A stretch of 64,000 nt of DNA, from assembly GCA_023260395.1 (NCBI GenBank), contig JALQVI010000001.1:3692-67691 (forward strand). The letters run 5' to 3'. The DNA is from Candidatus Nanopelagicales bacterium. GTDB lineage: Bacteria > Actinomycetota > Actinomycetes > S36-B12 > UBA5976. The number at the start of each line of letters is the position of its first letter. The first letter of the stretch is position 1. Under the pieces are notes generated by a model, which did not search any database, was not told the origin of the DNA, and worked only from the letters and a program-made list of their open reading frames with translations. Made by a program: the position numbers and the translations under genes. Positions 19,659 through 28,660 of this stretch are shown here, in pieces.

Positions 19659-20369
19659 ATGTCACATCAACCTGGTCCCATCGCACTTGTCGGTTCCGGC
19701 GAATACTTGCCGGTCATGCAAGAACTCGAAGCTGAACTCATTCGCGATCGCAATCCGATCTATGTTCAGCTGCCGACTGCAGCGGCGCCTGAAGGTGACG
19801 AGTCATTGCGTCGTTGGATTGAACTTGGCAAGAAGCAAGCAGAGCGCATTGGCGTCACTCAAGTTCCGGTTGTCGTTCGCGATAACAACGACGCAAACGA
19901 TCCACACTTCGCTGCTCTTGTCAACGATGCAGGCCTGATTTATTTATCGGGAGGTAACCCTCACTTTTTGGCGGACACATTGCGCGACTCGTTGGTGTGG
20001 AAGGCGATTCATGATGCGCGGCAGTCAGGAGCTGCGCTTGCTGGATGTTCGGCCGGTGCGATGGCGATTGCCGATCACATTCCAGCGCTTCGATTGCACT
20101 CGCCGCGAGAGTCACGGGGACTCGGTGTGCTACCTCATATAAGAGTCTTGCCACATTTCGACAAGATGTTTGGCTGGGTACCAGATTTAGCCTTGCGAAT
20201 GCTGGAAGTTCCCGATGGAGTCCACGTTGTTGGCATTGATGAAGAGACAGCGCTTGTCGGCGGCCCGTTTGAGTGGGAAGTTCGTGGCCGACAATCGGTA
20301 TGGATAGTACAAAACGGACATCGCCAGGAATTCACTTCCGGGTCAAAAATATTTCTTTCTGGAATTTAA
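19659..20369 (+). CDS. S51 peptidase-like (cyanophycinase/dipeptidase E family) protein
   Basis: 236 aa. Motifs LVGSGEYLP, YLSGGNPHFL, LAGCSAGAMA (GxSAG nucleophile motif), LPHFD and VVGIDEETALV. Confidence 0.65.
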   Translation: MSHQPGPIALVGSGEYLPVMQELEAELIRDRNPIYVQLPTAAAPEGDESLRRWIELGKKQAERIGVTQVPVVVRDNNDANDPHFAALVNDAGLIYLSGGNPHFLADTLRDSLVWKAIHDARQSGAALAGCSAGAMAIADHIPALRLHSPRESRGLGVLPHIRVLPHFDKMFGWVPDLALRMLEVPDGVHVVGIDEETALVGGPFEWEVRGRQSVWIVQNGHRQEFTSGSKIFLSGI

Positions 20370-20504
20370 GGGGCTACCCCCTCATTTTTGTCATCGCGAC
20401 AAAAATGGCGCGTTTATTGGTTCAAAGCATCACTTTTCATGAGGTTTACTAGTTAAGTCTGACTCGGGTCAGACCATTGTTTGGTTATCCAAAAGGAAAG
20501 TGTT

Positions 20505-23500
20505 GTGACGAAGTTGTCCACAAAGTTTGCCCATGTTTCAAAGCGTGCAGTTGCACTCGTTAGTTCCCTTGCGATCGCAGTAACTGGCCTGGTTGCCGGT
20601 GTTGCTGCTCCAGCAAGTGCGTCTGTCCCTGACGCGCGCCAGTTAACCGTTGGCAAGTCCTTCGGCACTACGCTCTCCAGCCCAGAGATGGCAATCTCTA
20701 ACGGTTTCGCGTATGTGCTTTCCAAGTACGGTTACAACTCGGATTATTCGGGCTACAAGCTGTACCGCAAGCCTGTGGCCGATATTAACTCGACCCCGAC
20801 AGTTATTTTGGATGCAACTAATGCGACTCTTTGCGGTGCCACTGGTTCTAACACCTTAGGCGCGACCATCAACGGCATTGATGATGTCGATCAGATGGCA
20901 GTTTCCGGCAATAATCTTTACCTACTCGAATGCTCTGGAAATGGAAGCAACATTCGTGTTGTGAAATTTGATATCTCAGACACGACTGCGACTTCCTTGA
21001 CCGGAACCGTTGTGGCTAACGCAACTTCACTTTCAGCGCGTCGCAACTCCCGTATCGCGGTTGACTCCAACCTGAACTTGTACAACATGTCGTCAAACAA
21101 CGTTTTCAAGATTGCAGTTAATGGCAGCGGCTACTACTCCGCCGCAACAACGACTCCATTGGCTTCGTTGCCAAGCTCTGCATCGATCTACAGCGGACAC
21201 ATGGATTCGCAGGGTTCGCTCGTGCTGATGTCGCAGGTGCAAGCTAGCCCTCAGACAATCGCTGCTACCTTCACATCGGTCAACACCTCAACTGGCGCGC
21301 TAACGACATTGAAGGATGTTCCAGGGACCTCCAGTTTGTACCCATACGACTTCAGTATTGATCCCGCAACGGACGATATCCTTTATATGGATACCCAGAC
21401 TGCGCCTTACCGCGTCCGTCGAATCGTCAAGGGCACTAACTCGGATTACGCCACAATCGTGGACGCGGTAAAGCCTGGTCTCAAGGTTGTACAAATCAGC
21501 CACGAGGCGATTGTTGCTGGCTCAAGTAACCAAGTAGTTTCAATTACAACCTCAGCTGATGCCCCGGTGGCACTAGGCGACACAGTTCAAAATACTTTGC
21601 CAACGGGCAGTTCGTTCTATTACACCGGTGTTGTAAGTGAAATTACCGACGCCCGAAATTTCAAAGTTAAATTAAACAATCCGCTTTACGGCTCGTTAGC
21701 GGCCGATAACACCGAGTCGCTTGCGATCTACAAAAAATTCAATAGCCTTCAAGCAATTGCCGTAAGCGCTGACGGCATTTTCACGTTGGACAATCATGCG
21801 AACATCGTGAGTGGAGCAACTACAAACCAGACGTTCTTTATGGGGACAGAAGCCGCATCTCCGTTGTTTACGATTCCAGCACAGTTCGTTACGATTCGTG
21901 CTTTCCATCGTGGCTTGACCGCAAGCTGGTCTGCGCCGGCAAACATTCCAGATTTAACGGGAATGGAAGCCCAAATTTGGGCCGGCGCTACTCAAGCTGA
22001 TGCGCTAACCGCAGCAGCAACCGGTACAAACCCAACAGTGACGTGTGTTCCGGACTCGATCACCTCTAGCCCATTCTCGTGTCCGATTTATTCGGGAGTT
22101 GAAGTAGGCAAGTTCTACGCCATCCGTGTGAAGTTGTCGACGGCAGCGACTAGCCAGCTGAGTGCAAACCCCGTAGCTCCTCCAGCTAACGCTCCTTCAA
22201 ACAATGCCAACGTGGTTCAAGCTGTCGACTCAGCAATGTCAGCCTCGCTCGCGAGCGATGCTCCGACGGGCACCGGCCCAGGTTACGCACACGTTGGCAC
22301 AAGCACAGGTTCTGCCATAACGCTCATTCGCAGTGCTGCTCCTCGCGAGTCCGCGAGCGATGGTGTGGGGGGTAAGTTTTTCGCCATCTCAACGGGAAAT
22401 AACAAACTTGCTGAGTACAAGTTGATTCACGTTAAGGGTGATGGATCAGTTGATTCAACTTTTGGTACCGCTGGCGTGCAGACAGTTGCCAATCAATTCT
22501 CAACTGGTACCCGCAACATCAAGCTAGGTTGGTACGGCGAATCAAAGTGGTTCATGCTCGATTCTTCGTACACAAATTCAGGTACAAATTATCGCTTGAC
22601 GTACCAAACCGGTGCTACAACGACGAATTCGTACACATTTACAGACGCTACGTTGCGCGCAAATTGCGCGTCGTCATTCACTCATGACAACACCACAAAT
22701 GGTCAGTGGATTAGCACTGTGACTACAGTTTCGGCAGCATCAAGTGCGCCGCTGCTCAATGTTCCATGTGGTGTGCAGTATCTGACTTCGCAGAGCGCGG
22801 CTCGACTCAGCAACTTACCGATTTTGGTGACAGTGACAGGGGATAACTCAACATCCGTGTTCTCAAAGCCAATCGGCGATCCAACAATGGCAGATGTCAT
22901 TGCGCCGAATAGCACGTATTGCTTGAACGCTGCGGGTGTTAACCCAGCCGACACCTCGGTGACATCGGGTGGAACATTGGTCACCTTGATGTACAACGGA
23001 TACACCGCTATCAATAACCAGGGTTGCATGAGTGCCAATAGCGCAGTTGGAATCGCATTCCAAATTGCAGCTGATGGAACACCAACTCGTGTTGTTACCG
23101 GTGCATCTTCGGCGTCGTACTCGGATGCGTTCGCTGCAGGTAACGGTGTCTTCTACCTAACTTCACAAAACAACATGGGCATGACTCCGACGATTACGGT
23201 TTCGCGTTTGTTAGCCAACGGAACAATTGATTCAACATTTGGCTCAGCTGGATCAATGAATGTCTCAGGTCCATCGTGTACAGGTTCACCTACCCAGATT
23301 TGGGGACTTGTTAATGGTTCACAGAGTCGTAAATACCTTGCGTTCCTATCGATTAAGTCGACGCCTTACAGCCCACAAAATCCAAATCCAAGTACATCGG
23401 CAATTCCTGCTGCGATGCTGGTTGATGCCGGACAGTCGACCGATCGTGTTGGCTCATCATTGATGGGTGTTGGCGCGTCGCTTGCGAAATACTCCAGCTC

Positions 23501-26249
23501 GGTGTTCGGTTTTGGCGCCTCAGGTGGTGGATCGGTATTCGCAACTTCAGGAATGGATTCCAGCACTGGGGCTATGTCGTTTGCGTTCTTCAAGAACGAC
23601 TCAGATGGCCTAGGTCGCATCACGTGGGATTCTTTCGCAACTGCGTTGCCAGCCGGTGACGATGCAATTGAATGTCCAGCTCTACCGTTTGTGGCTTCCA
23701 CAAACTCAATGTCTGGAAGTTACTCACGCGGATTCCGCACAGTGAAACTAACGAACGGCAAGTTCTTCCTGTTCGGCAATAGTGGAATGTCGCAATCGTC
23801 TGCTAACAAGTCAGAAATTCTTGACCTTGGAAGTAACCCAGTGGATGGAACATTCTCGTGGACATCCGCCATCCCAACTACGGGTGGATTGAACGGACTT
23901 CCGAGTGGTGCGTCACTTGCTGCACTTGCCGATAACAAGGTGCTTATTGCAGGTGGTTCGTACTACGACGCCGTCGTCACCCATACGTCAGCTAACCAGC
24001 TGGTCGCAGCAGTTTATGACGCAGTTACAAACACCTACACAGCAACCGGCGCGCTGACCAAGGCACGTTGTAATGCCAATACACAGTCTCTGTCCAATGG
24101 CAAGGTCTTGATTTTCGGTGGCGACAATTGCAACACGGGCTTGACGGTGACTTACACTGACGCAGAAATTTATGACCCAACAGCAGGAACGTTTACTGCT
24201 GTAACAGGTGATCTAGGTGCCTCATTTAGCAACATCGTGGCTCTGGGTGGTGGCAAGCACATGATTCTTGGTACGCCACTTCCTAGCGGCTTTGGTAGCG
24301 GTCAAGTTACAGGCAGCTCAGTGACAAAGATCTACGATGAGGTAACTAACTCCTTCTCGGATGGTCCAGCACTAACATCTGCTCGTGTTGCTCCTGTTGT
24401 TGTTGCACTTCCCGCCGGCAAGGTTTTCGTTGCGGGCGGTTTGCAAATGGGACCGGGATCTCCAAACTCGGCTCCATCCACGATGACTGGCGAAATCTAT
24501 ACTCCTGGTACAGGTGGCGCGATTGGAACGTTTACTGCAGTTGCAGCTACCGCACCATCATCAATCGTTGGTGCCTCGGGCGTTATCTTGCCTAGCGGTA
24601 AGGTCATGATTCTGCTCGGTAGCAGCAACATGATGTACGGCCAGGCATCCACACAAAGCATCAAATTCAATCCTGCGAACAACTCATGGGCTGCAGGCGA
24701 TGAACGTGGAACTGCAACTGCTGGTGCGATTCCATTTGCAGTCGGTACAAAGATCGTGATGCTTGGTGAGACAACTAATATGTCTCCAACTGTGCAGACA
24801 CACTTCACCGTCTACACCGAACCAGCTGAAGCACAGGCTGCAATCACGAGCACTGCACCTCGCGTTGTGAAGGGCACGACAGGCTTGACCGGCAAGGTAA
24901 CTTACACAGTTCCTACCGCGTTAAATCCTGTTGCGGGCAAGACCCAGGTTGTCTTTTCGAACGCATCTGGATCAAATGCCCTGACCACAACCGTTACATG
25001 GAACACAGCGAGCAAGGTTGTTCTATCGAACAACAACTTGTCCGTCACGGTTTCATTGCCAACAGCTGCGCAAGCTGCAAATGCTGGTGCAGTGACTGTG
25101 ACTATCAAGTCGGGTGCAACTGGCACTGACGTCATCGGAACAACAACGTTGACCTACTTGGCCACCGCCGATGTTCCAACAATTACGAGCCAAGCTGCAA
25201 CCGCCTTGAACGGCCATGCGAATGCCGCAGTTACTTCGGTGCCGCTAGCAGCAACTTCGCTACTCAGCCCGAATCAGCCAGGCTCAGGTCTGACTTACAC
25301 ATCGGCAACAGCTGCTGTATGTACTGTGAATGCAACTGGTGTTGTCACTCGCGTCTCGCGAGGCATCTGCACAATCAATGTCAAGCAGCCAAAGGGTGAA
25401 GGCAGTTCTGAAAAGACTCAAGCATTCACCTGGGAGTTTGATAAGTCAGCTCAAACGATTACGTATGCAGATGCAAATCCAACAACGTTGCCATTGACTG
25501 AAGACGGCACAACATTGGCTGCGACGGCATCATCAGGACTTGCTCTCGATTTCGAAGCAACCACAGATGACATCTGTGCCGTTGATGATGCAGGTGTTCT
25601 CACAACACTTGCGCTGGGAACCTGCACAATCACGGTTGACCAGGCTGGCGATGGAACGTATCTCGCAGCACCGCAGGTAACCAAGACAATCACAATCGCT
25701 AACCCGGTGACCCCACCCGTTGACGTACCGAACGCCCCAATTGGCGACGGTGTGTTTGGTGATACACCGGCAGGTGACACGATGGCCTCGGTGGTTTCAA
25801 CCCAGCGTTTCACGGTTGCAAAGAACATCAACTTTGGTCGCGGTTTCAAGGTTCAATACACGCCAACTGTTAAGTCAGGCAACGTTACAACCTTGACGCT
25901 TAACCCAACGATTACGTCCAACTACATGGGCCCAATCACAACGGTGTTCTCGATTCCAAAGGCTGCGTCAAAGACAACTCCAACGGGTTGGACCTTGCCA
26001 AAGAACGGTACGGCTTACACCTGCACTGTTACTTATGGTGTGACCAAGAAACTAGCTAACAACGCTCGTGCCAAGACGGTGGTGTACAAGCCTGCAAAGC
26101 CTTGTACTCTCGCAATCTCGCCGAAGGTTCCAGCTGGCACTGTAGTCACAGTGAAGAACTCATGGGATCGTCGTAATGCGAAGACTTACTTAGCTATCGC
26201 AGGCGGCATCCAAAAGCGCACAGCAACAATTACGTTGAGTGCAAACTAA
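20505..26249 (+). CDS. giant secreted multi-domain protein (propeller-like, FN3-like, delta-60-like repeats, Kelch repeats, IPT/TIG-like and Big_2-like Ig domains)
   Basis: GTG at 20505 lies 5-8 nt after AAAGGAAAG; the ORF track starts at TTG 20481. The signal peptide ends in AAPASA|SV. Kelch-like strands include NKVLIAGGS, GKVLIFGGD, GKVFVAGG and GKVMILLGS. Ig-like modules include CTVNATGVVTRVSRGICTINV and GVLTTLALGTCTITVDQAGDGTY. No LPXTG motif and no C-terminal TM segment. Confidence 0.8.
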   Translation: MTKLSTKFAHVSKRAVALVSSLAIAVTGLVAGVAAPASASVPDARQLTVGKSFGTTLSSPEMAISNGFAYVLSKYGYNSDYSGYKLYRKPVADINSTPTVILDATNATLCGATGSNTLGATINGIDDVDQMAVSGNNLYLLECSGNGSNIRVVKFDISDTTATSLTGTVVANATSLSARRNSRIAVDSNLNLYNMSSNNVFKIAVNGSGYYSAATTTPLASLPSSASIYSGHMDSQGSLVLMSQVQASPQTIAATFTSVNTSTGALTTLKDVPGTSSLYPYDFSIDPATDDILYMDTQTAPYRVRRIVKGTNSDYATIVDAVKPGLKVVQISHEAIVAGSSNQVVSITTSADAPVALGDTVQNTLPTGSSFYYTGVVSEITDARNFKVKLNNPLYGSLAADNTESLAIYKKFNSLQAIAVSADGIFTLDNHANIVSGATTNQTFFMGTEAASPLFTIPAQFVTIRAFHRGLTASWSAPANIPDLTGMEAQIWAGATQADALTAAATGTNPTVTCVPDSITSSPFSCPIYSGVEVGKFYAIRVKLSTAATSQLSANPVAPPANAPSNNANVVQAVDSAMSASLASDAPTGTGPGYAHVGTSTGSAITLIRSAAPRESASDGVGGKFFAISTGNNKLAEYKLIHVKGDGSVDSTFGTAGVQTVANQFSTGTRNIKLGWYGESKWFMLDSSYTNSGTNYRLTYQTGATTTNSYTFTDATLRANCASSFTHDNTTNGQWISTVTTVSAASSAPLLNVPCGVQYLTSQSAARLSNLPILVTVTGDNSTSVFSKPIGDPTMADVIAPNSTYCLNAAGVNPADTSVTSGGTLVTLMYNGYTAINNQGCMSANSAVGIAFQIAADGTPTRVVTGASSASYSDAFAAGNGVFYLTSQNNMGMTPTITVSRLLANGTIDSTFGSAGSMNVSGPSCTGSPTQIWGLVNGSQSRKYLAFLSIKSTPYSPQNPNPSTSAIPAAMLVDAGQSTDRVGSSLMGVGASLAKYSSSVFGFGASGGGSVFATSGMDSSTGAMSFAFFKNDSDGLGRITWDSFATALPAGDDAIECPALPFVASTNSMSGSYSRGFRTVKLTNGKFFLFGNSGMSQSSANKSEILDLGSNPVDGTFSWTSAIPTTGGLNGLPSGASLAALADNKVLIAGGSYYDAVVTHTSANQLVAAVYDAVTNTYTATGALTKARCNANTQSLSNGKVLIFGGDNCNTGLTVTYTDAEIYDPTAGTFTAVTGDLGASFSNIVALGGGKHMILGTPLPSGFGSGQVTGSSVTKIYDEVTNSFSDGPALTSARVAPVVVALPAGKVFVAGGLQMGPGSPNSAPSTMTGEIYTPGTGGAIGTFTAVAATAPSSIVGASGVILPSGKVMILLGSSNMMYGQASTQSIKFNPANNSWAAGDERGTATAGAIPFAVGTKIVMLGETTNMSPTVQTHFTVYTEPAEAQAAITSTAPRVVKGTTGLTGKVTYTVPTALNPVAGKTQVVFSNASGSNALTTTVTWNTASKVVLSNNNLSVTVSLPTAAQAANAGAVTVTIKSGATGTDVIGTTTLTYLATADVPTITSQAATALNGHANAAVTSVPLAATSLLSPNQPGSGLTYTSATAAVCTVNATGVVTRVSRGICTINVKQPKGEGSSEKTQAFTWEFDKSAQTITYADANPTTLPLTEDGTTLAATASSGLALDFEATTDDICAVDDAGVLTTLALGTCTITVDQAGDGTYLAAPQVTKTITIANPVTPPVDVPNAPIGDGVFGDTPAGDTMASVVSTQRFTVAKNINFGRGFKVQYTPTVKSGNVTTLTLNPTITSNYMGPITTVFSIPKAASKTTPTGWTLPKNGTAYTCTVTYGVTKKLANNARAKTVVYKPAKPCTLAISPKVPAGTVVTVKNSWDRRNAKTYLAIAGGIQKRTATITLSAN

Positions 26250-26261
26250 GTACTAACAAAT

Positions 26262-26294
26262 AAGTCAGGGTCACCTTCGGGTGGCCCTGACTTA
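26262..26294. terminator. strong hairpin terminator after the giant gene (probably also serves convergent mshD)
   Basis: AAGTCAGGGTCACC-TTCG-GGTGGCCCTGACTT, a 14-bp stem with one G-U pair and a TTCG tetraloop. T-rich sequence follows on both strands (TATTTG / TATTTGTT). Confidence 0.8.
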
Positions 26295-26393
26295 TTTGCT
26301 GTGAAAACTATTTTTGTGAAGCAGCAGGGTTATCGCTTCAAACGACATGGACGTATTTCTATCGTGTTGTGTTACTACGAAACAACGTTGTAA

Positions 26394-27314
26394 TTAAGCG
26401 CGAGTAAACATGACGTCGGTGTCCCAATGCATGAAACCGATTGATTCGTATAAGTGTTTTGCCGAATCATTGTCGGCATCGACGTAAAGCATCGCAGCGC
26501 CTAAGCCTTCGTCGCGCAAGTATTCCAAACCTTTTAGGCTTAGGGCCTTGGATAAGCCTGTACCACGTTCGGATGGCGCAACGCCTAGAACATAGATTTC
26601 GCCGATTTCAGGATGATCATGTCCACCGCCACGACGTCCACCGTGAATCTTGGTCCAGTGGAATCCAACGAGCTTGTCGCCCTTGCACGCAAGTAAGAAT
26701 CCGGATGGATCAAACCAGCCCTCGGACATGCGCACATCTAAATCGTTACGAGAGAGCTGACCTTGTTCAGGATGTTCCGCAAACACTTCAGCGTTGAGAG
26801 CAAGCCAGGCTTCTTCATCTTGGCCAGGAACAAAACTTCGAATTGTGATTCCCGTAGGCACGTCGTATTTCGGCATCGCAGAAAAAAGTGAGCGGCGCAT
26901 TTGCCACAGTTCGCGCGTCTTTTTGAACCCTAAGTTGGAAGCCAATGCGTAAGCCATTGCAAGTTCGCCGTGTGCCCACAGGCGCAAGCGATCATCGCCT
27001 GCGCGTTCCGTCGCAGCATGAACCAGAGCGCGACCAACTCCCATGCGACGGTGGCGAGGATGAACAACGAGTTCAACAACGGGACCAGCAACTTCGTCCG
27101 TTTGATCCAGATGCAAATAACCAATCACGATGCCATCGGTAGAGCGAGCGACAATGTGTTCGTCATGTTCATCGCCACCGTGATTTAGATGAATCAATAC
27201 GTGTTCAGACAGTGGAGCAAGGTCATCTTGAACTGTTGCAGACTGGATTAATTCTTTGATGCGCGCGATGTCATTATCGTCAAGATGCGCAAGCGCCGAA
27301 ACGGTAAAGGACAT
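26394..27314 (-). CDS. mshD: mycothiol synthase (tandem GNAT domains)
   Basis: 306 aa with two GNAT folds. Conserved stretches VVHPRHRRMGVGRAL, RLWAHGELAMAYALASNLGF, RELWQMRRSL and YVLGVAPSERGTGLSKAL. Confidence 0.88.
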   Translation of the reverse strand: MSFTVSALAHLDDNDIARIKELIQSATVQDDLAPLSEHVLIHLNHGGDEHDEHIVARSTDGIVIGYLHLDQTDEVAGPVVELVVHPRHRRMGVGRALVHAATERAGDDRLRLWAHGELAMAYALASNLGFKKTRELWQMRRSLFSAMPKYDVPTGITIRSFVPGQDEEAWLALNAEVFAEHPEQGQLSRNDLDVRMSEGWFDPSGFLLACKGDKLVGFHWTKIHGGRRGGGHDHPEIGEIYVLGVAPSERGTGLSKALSLKGLEYLRDEGLGAAMLYVDADNDSAKHLYESIGFMHWDTDVMFTRA

Positions 27315-27316
27315 TA

Positions 27317-28024
27317 TTAAGCGAGGACTTCGTGGGTTTCACGATTCGAAACAGGAGCCGACACATAGCGGTAACCAACATTGCGTACCGTGCCGATGAG
27401 CGATTCATTTTCAGGCCCGAGCTTCGCGCGCAATCGACGCACATGAACATCGACCGTTCGCGTTCCACCGAAGTAGTCATAACCCCAGACTTCTTGCAAC
27501 AAATGTTCGCGACTAAAAACGCGTCCAGGATGTTGAGCAAGAAACTTCAGTAATTCGAATTCTTTGAAAGTTAAGTCGAGCGTTCGACCGCGAAGTTTTG
27601 CTGAGTAACTATCTTCGTCAATCGATAGTTCACCAGCACGAATTTCGCCAGTGGCAACGGCTGCAAATTCTTGCTGTTGGCGACCAACGGCCAGGCGAAT
27701 GCGAGCTTCGATTTCAGCAGGGCTCGAAGACTCGACAATGACGTCAGTCAAACCCCACTCGTGATTGACGGCGGCAAGCCCACCTTCGGTGGTGATCAAA
27801 ATCAACGGAGTTGTGTTGCCGGTCGTTTCCATGAAACGGCAGAGCCCGCGAATGGCAGGTAAGTCCGAACGACCATCAATAAAGATGACATCGCACGCAG
27901 GCGCCGTAATCAACGCAGTGGGCTCAGGGCTCATGACTTTGATCTGGTGGCTGAGCAATTCCAGACCTGGCAGGACGCTACTCGAAGGAGTAAGCGCACG
28001 GGTGAGCAAAAGGACCGAAGCCAT
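27317..28024 (-). CDS. glnR: GlnR-type orphan OmpR-family response regulator (atypical receiver)
   Basis: 235 aa. The N-terminus [23 protein letters not shown] lacks the acidic DD pocket. Also [23 protein letters not shown], and a winged-helix C-terminus ([52 protein letters not shown]). Sits next to mshD, as I recall for mycobacteria. No kinase is adjacent. Confidence 0.7.
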   Translation of the reverse strand: MASVLLLTRALTPSSSVLPGLELLSHQIKVMSPEPTALITAPACDVIFIDGRSDLPAIRGLCRFMETTGNTTPLILITTEGGLAAVNHEWGLTDVIVESSSPAEIEARIRLAVGRQQQEFAAVATGEIRAGELSIDEDSYSAKLRGRTLDLTFKEFELLKFLAQHPGRVFSREHLLQEVWGYDYFGGTRTVDVHVRRLRAKLGPENESLIGTVRNVGYRYVSAPVSNRETHEVLA

Positions 28025-28121
28025 GTCTCACCTACCTAGCATTTGCAATCCCTTAATCGTACCGAAACCCTTGAAATACGCCAGATTCTTCTCAAACTGG
28101 ACTATTGAGGGGGCCAGATAC

Positions 28122-28538
28122 TTATTTATTAAGGACTTTGTCCAAAGCGGACGTTAAATCCTCGCGCTTCGGTAGGCCTTCGGCACGGTATTCGATGTGG
28201 CCATTGCCATCAACCAGAACTGTTGTCGGCGTGCGCAAAACCTTGAATTGATTGACCAAATCCAAATGGTCAGCCACTTGCAGGTCCACATGTGCCACAC
28301 CATGGCGATCGGCAACCACCTCACCAATGAGGCGCTCTGTGGCCTTGCACGGCTGGCAATACGGCGATGAGAACTGGATGAAGGTTGCCTGACTACCCAT
28401 GTCATGGCCTAGTTCCGCAGCCGTCACAAACGAGCCAGCCGTCGGAGTTTTCACAGCGCCATCAAAACGCTTGCGATAGGCACCAAACGCCGAGGACACC
28501 AAAATGACACCAATCAGAAGCATTATCTCTGCAGACAT
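28122..28538 (-). CDS. membrane-anchored thioredoxin-like protein (ThiX-like)
   Basis: 138 aa with an N-terminal TM helix and a thioredoxin fold carrying the CxxC motif SSPYCQPCKAT. Confidence 0.75.
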   Translation of the reverse strand: MSAEIMLLIGVILVSSAFGAYRKRFDGAVKTPTAGSFVTAAELGHDMGSQATFIQFSSPYCQPCKATERLIGEVVADRHGVAHVDLQVADHLDLVNQFKVLRTPTTVLVDGNGHIEYRAEGLPKREDLTSALDKVLNK

Positions 28539-28660
28539 GTTTCCTCCTTCTGATGTGTCAACGCCTCCAGACTAGAACTCATTCCCGCAATAGTCATATG
28601 CGTGTTTGGCCCGTGATAGACAAGGAGAGTCACTTTCACAGAATCGTTGGTTTACCTTAA

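Noticed and set aside
20505-26249. The giant ORF as a polymorphic toxin (Rhs/YD) or an NRPS/PKS
   Set aside because: There are no YD/Rhs repeats, no C-terminal toxin-like module with an adjacent immunity gene, and no adenylation, ketosynthase or carrier-protein motifs. The repeats fit Kelch, Ig and propeller surface-protein modules.
26296-26330. Direct TGTGAA...GTGAA repeat (CTGTGAAAACTATTTTTGTGAAGC) resembling Rex or corynebacterial PhoR half-sites
   Set aside because: It is not an inverted repeat, and its 15-nt spacing fits neither consensus. It sits between the 3' ends of two convergent genes, where no promoter is expected.
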